Of a DNA stretch of 64,000 nucleotides, positions 61,301 through 64,000 are shown piece after piece. The DNA is from an uncultured bacterium (GTDB taxonomy: Bacteria; Omnitrophota; Omnitrophia; Omnitrophales; Aquincolibacteriaceae). Where the stretch lies: the NCBI GenBank assembly GCA_964482725.1, contig CAYZYT010000005.1:24133-88132 (forward strand), given 5' to 3'. Under the pieces are notes generated by a model. The model was given only the letters and a program-made list of their open reading frames with translations, was not told the DNA's origin and ran no database searches. The position numbers were made by a program, and so were the translations under genes. Each line of letters opens with the position of its first letter. The stretch's first letter is position 1.

Positions 61301-63669
61301 GTCATCAGTGTCATGGCCTGAATGCGGGGCGCCCAGCGCCACGAAGAAAATGCGTGAACGCGGATCCTGCCGGTTTCTTCATCGATCGCGACCCCTGCCA
61401 CGTCAATATCAAAGGGCTGCTTATCCTTGAGAAATGCCTCCGTCTCTTCCCGTCCCGTTGTCACTTCCGAATCGCTAAAAGGCGTTTTCCGGGAATTACG
61501 GACGGGCCATAAGGTGAGATGGATCGCCTCTGAAGGAGTCCTGAAAAATTTCGAGGCCGCGAAAGGCAACTCTCTGTAGAAATCATCCTGGAGGCGGGTC
61601 ATCTCCCTGCTGACAGCTCCAGCATGATCCGGAGCAACCAGCAAGGACAAGCTGTAGAAAGGCGCCAGTGTCCCGTCGGATGCAAAAAACCGTTCGCGGG
61701 CACTCACCCCCCACTGGCCCGGAATTGAAAGCGCTTCTTCCGTATAAGAAAAACCAAGACCTTTTTCGAACGCTTCATCAAAAGCCTTCCCCCTCAGTTC
61801 CGAACGAGGTTTTACGATCCCGCCTTCTACAGACTCCGGCTGAACTTGATCGCCTGGGTTAAGGCCGGCAAGCCGGCGCTCGATCAGTTGCGGGTCTGAA
61901 ATATTTCCCATGGCCTCGACGGATGAAGTGATGGCGCGAAGCGTCGATTGAGCGGAAGCATCCTCGCCCGCAACGGCGGCCGAATAGAAAATGCTGGGAG
62001 GTTTATTGGCATGGGCCGCGAGAAACGGCGTTTCGAAGGTCCGATGGCCTTCCGTCATGAGCTGCTTATAGAAATCTTGGTGTCTTTTGTTCGCGGAAGT
62101 AATCCTGGGAGAAATGACAACATAGGAGATCCCTTTCTCCCGCAACATTTCTTTAATACTGTTGGCGTGGAAGCCGCCGTACACCAGCACTGCTGGTGCG
62201 GGACTCGGGGAACGGCTAACGGTGAACGATTGAGACTTTTCGTTCTGCGCTATGCTTTCCACGTCCCCCTTCGTAATTTCGTTTCCCGTTCCCCGTTCCA
62301 CGTTTCCCGCTTCTATGTATTTATCCATCGCTCCCGAGATCGTGCCATCCCGCTGCAGGGCAACTTCGTAGAACCGGACCGCCTCCTGGATATGGCGCTC
62401 CCATTCTCTGGACAAAACCAGGGGTCGGCGCGTCAGCGACACAATAAAATCTGCCAATCTCCGTGTGTCCAACCGACGCAGCGTCGTTTGGACCGCTTCA
62501 TATTCCGCCTGGGTCAGTTCGATCCGGTTAAGCCTCTTGAGAAGGCCCAGCCCCTGATAATAAGTGAATATTTCCCGATCTCTTTCATTTTGAAGTAAGG
62601 CCACCGAGACATTCTTTTCCAACCGCGTGATCTCTTCAAAGACCCCTTTGAAATCCAGGGCATTCAGCTGCTGGTTCAATTTCGGGTCATGAGTCGTCTC
62701 GGCCATGAGAAGCATAGAAATGGCAGGATATTCTTTAGCGAAATCCCAAGCAGAGCGCGATTCAGGGCTTTTCAAATAAAACGCCTGAAGCTCTTTTAAA
62801 TAATTAAGCAGGGGCAGCTTCCCTTCCGAAAAAAGCTTCCTCGCTTTCATCCAGGTCTTTAGGTCTTTGGGAAAGTATTGATTCGCAAGCGTGGTGATCT
62901 GGCCCCAAAGTTCCGCGAGATCTTCTTCGATGTCTTTGCGGCTCTGGGAGGAATCCTGATAGCATTTGATGTTCTCACCGTAGAGCTTGAGATCCTCAAC
63001 GCCGATCAACTCAAAATCCTTCGGGATGACCTGAGACTTGAGACTTGAGACTAGAGACTTGCCGTCAAAACTTTGGTCTTTTTTACTAGAGTCTCCGGTC
63101 TCTGGTCTCTGGTCTAATCGGCTTCGCCGATTAATATGCGCATACTCCGCGCCGCCGATGCGGAGCTGGTCCATCATAAAATACGAGACCTTTTCCTTGG
63201 TCGCGGGATCTTTGATAAATCCAAAGAACTTGTCGGTGGGAACCGGGCCTTCGTAGCCTTCTTCAAAGACGGTCCGGACGCCGTCCCGCTCCACCAGAAG
63301 CCGGATGATCTTGGCAATATTCACCTGCGCTTCGAGCGAGTCGTGGGCGTCTTGGATGAGCACGATCCTTTGATCGTGCCGGGAAATGGCTAACGATGAA
63401 CGGTTAACGATTTCGTTATTACGTTCCCCATTCCCCGTTCCACGTTCCCCGCGGTAGACTTCGTCTACCGAACCAAGTTCTTTCGGAATAGAAAAGGAAG
63501 CGGGAGCAACGGGTTCGATAACTTTGGAAGATTGACCGGCAATGGCCTGGGGGGCATAGCGGGAGACATCAAAAAGGACAAAAGCCAGGATGACAAAAAT
63601 CGCCGTAGCCTTTCGAAATAAAAGGCCCCTTTGACAGGTTTTACAAGACGATTCCGCATCGTAAAACAT
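49342..63669 (-). CDS. giant 4775-aa membrane multidomain protein fusing phosphoesterase, kinase, glycosyltransferase and glycosidase domains behind a conserved N-terminal module
   Basis: Single uninterrupted ORF in the track. N-terminal hydrophobic anchor or signal. Domain landmarks were located by back-translating motifs to the DNA; see the sub-features below. Confidence 0.85.
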   Translation of the reverse strand: MFYDAESSCKTCQRGLLFRKATAIFVILAFVLFDVSRYAPQAIAGQSSKVIEPVAPASFSIPKELGSVDEVYRGERGTGNGERNNEIVNRSSLAISRHDQRIVLIQDAHDSLEAQVNIAKIIRLLVERDGVRTVFEEGYEGPVPTDKFFGFIKDPATKEKVSYFMMDQLRIGGAEYAHINRRSRLDQRPETGDSSKKDQSFDGKSLVSSLKSQVIPKDFELIGVEDLKLYGENIKCYQDSSQSRKDIEEDLAELWGQITTLANQYFPKDLKTWMKARKLFSEGKLPLLNYLKELQAFYLKSPESRSAWDFAKEYPAISMLLMAETTHDPKLNQQLNALDFKGVFEEITRLEKNVSVALLQNERDREIFTYYQGLGLLKRLNRIELTQAEYEAVQTTLRRLDTRRLADFIVSLTRRPLVLSREWERHIQEAVRFYEVALQRDGTISGAMDKYIEAGNVERGTGNEITKGDVESIAQNEKSQSFTVSRSPSPAPAVLVYGGFHANSIKEMLREKGISYVVISPRITSANKRHQDFYKQLMTEGHRTFETPFLAAHANKPPSIFYSAAVAGEDASAQSTLRAITSSVEAMGNISDPQLIERRLAGLNPGDQVQPESVEGGIVKPRSELRGKAFDEAFEKGLGFSYTEEALSIPGQWGVSARERFFASDGTLAPFYSLSLLVAPDHAGAVSREMTRLQDDFYRELPFAASKFFRTPSEAIHLTLWPVRNSRKTPFSDSEVTTGREETEAFLKDKQPFDIDVAGVAIDEETGRIRVHAFSSWRWAPRIQAMTLMTPLEPLTADETSQVQSWVIRNRDRVMGLFRAEKAELVHLADNFSIRRLPVPDPVFSLPSQAQPVVRNASGGESVTQAAKRVPIGKALRDYFVNPMKFGQRVIGFGFVTVLFGLAWGLVVFSNKIFSDAIHFFVSQYESYLKRHGVFDWKKVATFNRRLNLLRAVLSVTGAFFVLDRMPGIVMFTAFSLAFVIRELFISEYSPFLSRQPSRAVKKRIESYKSIYGAFVIDMPFLGFVFALIAISAVAAHEAGHFISAKIIQKRGKADGQATVQDIVYSLFPGFVTTYSPDDFRLLPIQRIWIAVSGPLMELSVACVSFILWYLGFFPGVSLMIFQVSLWGVLGNLLTGSDGEHIAALLKGSRLARLHVQGEPLLVGLESFRPIAWARNEESYLFKAKKGFFIALQAEKVPPAVKRFNYKPWPKSRKDEPKAYPLQGALVESFLFEGKPYALYKITNFPTEVLAEPATAPTATSSVRSEMHLNSVDSSTSRDSREARSEMPLNPVDSSTTRDSLEARSEMRLLAAGSPTVSDKSVLSEKQREALLKENWARFFRELNEGTVPSLPGGELGAKGVRHVLSISPQQLKIGGIQTYQQNLIKTLLRTEKGFTFELLYLGAGTEPSETLFEAPKSGNRLVLHGIPKRSPDNIPLTDGEVSIHLERLLAEIQRRMPIDLIALNSSKAQFILLKTALSFSHQLRIPSHYFFHGGAITEGVAYLVRNSDAAVTCSNAFQKIFSDLGSEKVERLYPISDMSYFLQERNAEDRMSVEALRKQYGLSGKKIILHPSRIEPRKGQEVTLRAAAELLRQDPARSSQLSFVVLGPEHNPLQNDLAKLQDLAKSLKVEVLFVGGQSVEQMRRWYDASYLVVYPTLGAEPFGLVPVEAQASGVPAIVSDGGGLPETLVEGVTGFVIPRGNYRDLARRIGQLAGDEAERDQMGAMARKSAEERFAFSANLKAIGSSFLKAVQEHSVTEKSPALLLPITAQQASVVLSDVYNDMVSPESDAAEVENVSREAQGAGLLSVRSEARDVAKMLEGYLAEAEAERSQTKSAGQKDYVKITIDEILEALSGLKGPEPVSDATMKIVNTYLPDLEVEKFDLSASEPFRKIKEGNEEKPLEANPEKARHMIRVERFFRALTTGNFDYFLNRLKHGTTSPDKDGYRKDLGRVKSVYDALTLDEKTEMWLEIKAHDFGYIFGNADVGHEASGADYAESFFQSDLLMSSQRARAVSSLIRRHMSAGSLYLGELRYTKFKEGLDEKGFEKLLLHNIADAASVLPDSMVYYPARLATVVTWLDSEARDRSLRNYDQYRFEKLAKSSMNSDQDLTPEEVSDLNKTIGAIFGAEEEKLRGQWRDSIDILNSLMMVSTRLAKGDDAYKRWAKWLRLLGQISLLAPGGEAVFNSNLRLRKYPVEFWYAADVINKKIEAAIDQIPDICDLAAVKAQMPPALTKDQRFVIYGMPFKWDGKEFWADVRSLYDDARPDPSDPIVRSEVRTPEEQTILDEARRTVFEPSFLKAEQAIAAGRLYTEESYSRYVEFRKVPGLKINLWERVANREGVPAVLYSLSAAVYPEEGHETVRGLIRLTDEFSKQPFAQKFFIFPREAYHLTLETFHLQKQPFSDEKIQDAQEKTGQMAKAREPFDIWVQGVTVDPEDGRIQAETILFDGKTPERRVITLYSPIRELTRDERAQLLEWVKRHREDTFGRIRAEKLQLVHSMNIFAHHNLSMNEYPLREAAAKSPGDKTEVSQSVLLGIPGAREAFQGWADEDIARLFKEYGLGELKAVQLRAHNDKSIPILETTRGFFGLKKITTFDPIDRERQMLFIADTVHRNKQKGTPIPALYRLGEEKRENLFFRITDTELHTQEYFMVERWITEYPSVHREEATPEMLQEAARWLYRIHAATEDVTDSDWKGLERWTREWQLRDMERGRVEDREQIKRFYSEEDSETILSVLDQALPKVSSLLRKLPLKPISSDFNFANCFFDADGKIREITDWEASRLGYRIEDFTSILFRTGRPRQGYVVGHLERDLIQILQAYQEAAGDRRLTDEEIDSLPGFFLVDFLGWFYVKDLKGVTGQGREATPNQRTMILRAIKEIQKQFAPYFNGEKSLSSEVKTALTASSRRSEVRYLPVAKETVQFQAGSSEVVSFRISPSSGRGVHVAIQEELQGRFGIDRNTETAFFREADGSLITDNAAVHEKIETDDAMIRRFEASHPSQTVVAAVDNSSLFANQGFVTFAHGKLFYPVGEDIRAHPYSSLILRKNGTFLMEDVSYRAGNNGTIHAFANGGEIQKDIDYATFGQFLLDGRGHPREDIESIIPQFQDLRHVYTLPKILARDLPDSSTGKLASKEEIYFDVSQMSRNGYALAQNAWKSPVRMDLTVALSFKEGTDRVTTEVAVPEAVLRKALKDSGYLENDGEITERGQFKFEEGKIKIFFKPGIYPRTLMGLTPGGELVVLGISGKSGRKGSTLVESAALASKYGLSQAMLLDHGGNAKIWANGDYALPSSQGRYLRTAAIFITVARSEMPLTPVAPKTSRDSREARSEMHLNSVDSSTTRDSLVVRSEMRGGPGDKTEVSPSALLGIPRAREAFAGWTDEDVARLFTEYGLGALKSVRFKRHDGRDIPILKTEQGLFCLKKLSRLSSANEERESLFIADIIHRNMRKGIPIPALFRFGMSEPANLIFSISNQSTHLKEYFVVENWIEGLKNVYREEASPPMLDEVVRWLASSHAATLDVSEERWAGLGRWTRSRNYEQMEESRTNGRERILQAYAPDEARTILSVLDDVFPGVWALSKKIPKKPINSDMNIANCFFDAAGRIRAITDWEDVRFGHRMEDFTSVVFRTGHPRQGYVTDHLEQYLLRALSVYQRTAGKQGLTDAEIDILPGYFLVDFLGWFYRRDGARILGDGATAAPEQRQSVLNTIRKVQESFEPYLKGQKSLSRELRQFVLRNDRTGKPDDAARPAKRPKIELSAAELNDALAVISIFREWKFSFAALEKKIRELLAFNGPGAKVVHAAVFESVADMVEAMLGPRNPRDKMVGLAGEISGVYREVIKRSKSLKKINVGVIRAIHEFVRDSSGKEWDAVSKNTVFEFKFFLSLRKLYQQVIGGLDSAKYPHMRVLVENPKYKKIRNIVYFGEMDDGYVNRAIVAFMKNGPHSMPSVEIEDNKDVFVRFSLEGIKEFLLSKTVQDLAKQEYRQFFKKRTVLPKWVPGVWIDRKIEQMRKVPNGKFDVYIGVSNAPAKDVAEIQKFVSSRPAVRAQNRSDVREAGKTLALKMNPLSTVVVTIDGPSGSGKGTAGLELARRLGYLYVDSGVIFRAIAYKMIREGIDPLNEAAVTAVLEKTSVSLDAKGSDLQVLLDRASVTDVIRSQEVTRVVAEVSQYKAVQIFVLQKIRETGEKYNAVVDGRQMGTEVFPDATGTKFYLDSPVEVRARRRAEQFRAKEGSQAVSIEDVMAKIQQRDDLDRRRTFAPLRQPSDAVVIVNGSDQTISGIVDQMETQVRKDLAEKRGRGTWDVLSGVVSERLRQLPARAVLLVGGPSATGKTWMLDEFNRLMAGQGRKIEWVPEDRYFKPEDECPLRNGKPDFDHIDAYNLPVMTETIRKLNRDGTAVIPASTFGVAEPARTSQLGGRDIIGVEGLHSLHPRVMSALGPDVPVLKIFLDTPWQIRFMRRLFRDVEVRKFSDPFRTLALWDNVAAGEKSFVDPTREQADFVIERGSTEEARELGVLTREFREALSQRPEVIAREDYRKILSDVENYLKALPADRSEVRDSKGEDVAQKRLQATTQKMGSESFIASLQPRVAVVSERVISGDLGDRMVRNVRMGVQPATVFVDAEDFQNLSLAQKQEYLIVALSNKALHVVVYNERGQVQDKELGALLKLDRVTRTGQDLAGAQSRFDRPNAPSIHLSKKILPSTELVQRLRKRVSFFKTQGQKSGSLAVALLWALGGGETARFVGVNKDSDGFWRVAENLVNALQRSYDNNLVFATAA
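50175..50745 (-). other. giant protein 2: uridine-kinase / phosphoribulokinase-family domain
   Basis: VLLVGGPSATGKTW P-loop at 50690..50730; IGVEGLHSL..., FLDTPWQIRFMRRLFRDVEVR and ADFVIERG (50175..50192) line up with Udk blocks. Confidence 0.6.
50830..51480 (-). other. giant protein 2: cytidylate kinase domain
   Basis: VVVTIDGPSGSGKGTAG at 51425..51470, then YLDSG, VVDGRQ and the lid region. A complete Cmk-like unit. Confidence 0.65.
52450..53590 (-). other. giant protein 2: APH/CotS-like kinase-fold module, copy 2 (paralogous to copy 1)
   Basis: SDMNIANCFFDAAGRIRAITDWEDVRFG at 52800..52925, ending ILPGYFLVDFLGWFY. Roughly 50% identical to copy 1 over about 360 aa. Confidence 0.5.
53600..53770. 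repeat. 63-bp tandem coding repeats (2.5 copies; 21-aa unit RSEMxLNxVDSSTxRDS(R/L)EA), cluster 2
   Basis: CATCTCGGAGCGAGCCTCACGCGAGTCCCGAGAAGT... repeated. More than 90% identical to cluster 1 at 59745..59890 over about 110 nt. Confidence 0.75.
53780..54850 (-). other. giant protein 2: phosphodiester-glycosidase-like domain
   Basis: RTLMGLTPGGELVVLGISGKSGRKGSTLVESAALASKYGLSQAMLLDHGGNAKIW at 53815..53990, the characteristic C-terminal block of this family. Confidence 0.5.
55000..56090 (-). other. giant protein 2: APH/CotS-like kinase-fold module, copy 1
   Basis: SDFNFANCFFDADGKIREITDWEASRLG (Brenner-type D..N, then the DWE/DFE motif) at about 55290..55400. Ends with LPGFFLVDFLGWFY. Confidence 0.5.
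56130..56810 (-). other. giant protein 2: 2H phosphoesterase domain, copy 2 (both HxT motifs present: GHETV and YHLTL)
   Basis: GHETVRGL at 56572..56600 and AYHLTLETF at 56465..56525. Confidence 0.55.
57480..57790 (-). other. giant protein 2: HD-type phosphohydrolase-like domain
   Basis: LEIKAHDFGYIFGNADVGHE ... LLLHNIADAASV gives an H..HD..H..D arrangement. Confidence 0.35.
58400..59600 (-). other. giant protein 2: GT4-family glycosyltransferase domain
   Basis: EPFGLVPVEAQASGVPAIVSDGGGLPE (58621..58700) with an upstream Rossmann half starting at VRHVLSIS (59570..59620). Confidence 0.6.
59745..59890. repeat. 63-bp tandem coding repeats, cluster 1
   Basis: Same unit as cluster 2, in direct orientation and about 6 kb away within the same ORF. 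Confidence 0.75.
60250..61020 (-). other. giant protein 2: multi-pass membrane segment with HEAGH (M50/site-2-protease-like)
   Basis: Helices from MKFGQRVIGFGFVTVLFGL (60981..61020), through AISAVAAHEAGHFISAK (60530..60585), to VLGNLLTGSDG (60250..60300). Confidence 0.45.
61290..61800 (-). other. giant protein 2: 2H phosphoesterase-like domain, copy 1 (first HxT motif degenerate, second intact as HLTL)
   Basis: EAIHLTLWPV at 61495..61525; the upstream position reads DHAG instead of HxT/S. Confidence 0.4.
62000..63669 (-). other. giant protein 2: N-terminal module shared with giant protein 1
   Basis: IVLIQDAH at 63335..63375 and LVYGGFHANSIKEMLREKGISYVVISPRI at 62105..62200. A 19-nt stretch GCGTCTTGGATGAGCACGA is identical in both giant genes (63343..63361 and 34761..34779). 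Confidence 0.5.
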
Positions 63670-63870
63670 ACTTTTTAAAACCTCTTAGTTTTAGATTTCC
63701 TCAATACACGAGGATACTAAAAATGTAACACCTCATGCGCGATTGTCAATGAGGCGTGGGGTAAAAGTCTCTCCTGATTTCGGGGAACGAGAACCTAGGG
63801 GACAGACAATCAATGGACGCCCTCCCCTGTGTGAAGGTTAAAGTTTACGAAGAACTTCATTACAGCCCGA

Positions 63871-64000
63871 GGAACAAAGATTTCCACTACGCTGATTGCA
63901 CTTGCGCCCAACGCGCAAGTACTACACCGTGTGGAACAAAGATTTCCACTACGCTGATTGCCCGATGGCCTGAGCGGCCTCGATCGCAGCGCCAAGCATC
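63871..64000. CRISPR. candidate CRISPR array start: two identical 29-bp direct repeats, one 33-bp spacer and part of a second, truncated by the window end
   Basis: GGAACAAAGATTTCCACTACGCTGATTGC at 63871..63899 and again at 63933..63961. Spacer 1 (63900..63932) is not related to spacer 2. An AT-rich leader-like region lies upstream at 63670..63870. Confidence 0.35.

Noticed and set aside
63810-63995. 61-aa minus-strand ORF spanning the CRISPR-like repeats
   Set aside because: It reads through both direct repeats and the spacer, so it is an artefact of the repeat structure.

Overview
This is a 64-kb bacterial chromosomal window of moderate GC content, densely packed with genes, nearly all on the minus strand. 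About half of it is taken up by two giant single ORFs: 17925..35114 (5729 aa) and 49342..63669 (4775 aa). Both begin with a Sec-type signal or anchor and share a roughly 560-aa N-terminal module with the motifs VLIQDAH and GGFH. Each also carries a multi-pass membrane segment with an HExxH zinc-protease-like motif in mid-protein. The first giant ORF contains at least three GHKL/Hsp90-type ATPase-like modules. The second fuses many enzymes acting on nucleotides and phosphoester bonds: two 2H phosphoesterase domains, an M50-like membrane region, a GT4 glycosyltransferase, an HD domain, two APH/CotS-like kinase modules, a phosphodiester glycosidase, a cytidylate kinase and a uridine-kinase-like domain. 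The genes between and around the giant ORFs are ordinary anaerobic housekeeping genes. These include pyruvate:ferredoxin oxidoreductase followed by ADP-forming acetyl-CoA synthetase, and the class III ribonucleotide reductase nrdD with its activase nrdG. The glycyl-radical domain of nrdD appears to be encoded by a separate 57-codon ORF. Other genes are miaB, orn, miaA, hflX, argS, rsfS, ogt, nadE, a Tal-Pgi fusion, an NSS transporter, an NhaD-type permease and a LysM amidase. Small structured features include candidate tandem NrdR boxes upstream of nrdD, and a four-helix-bundle (rRNA intervening-sequence-type) protein gene flanked by inverted repeats between argS and miaA. Two short intergenic repeat families are present, and a helically phased GCTATA array lies in an AT-rich island upstream of giant gene 1. 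At the 3' window edge there are two identical 29-bp direct repeats spaced like a CRISPR array. The lineage is unknown, and the giant-gene architecture is reminiscent of uncultivated anaerobic candidate phyla, which is inference only. All calls come from reading motifs in the translations and DNA; no database search was possible.
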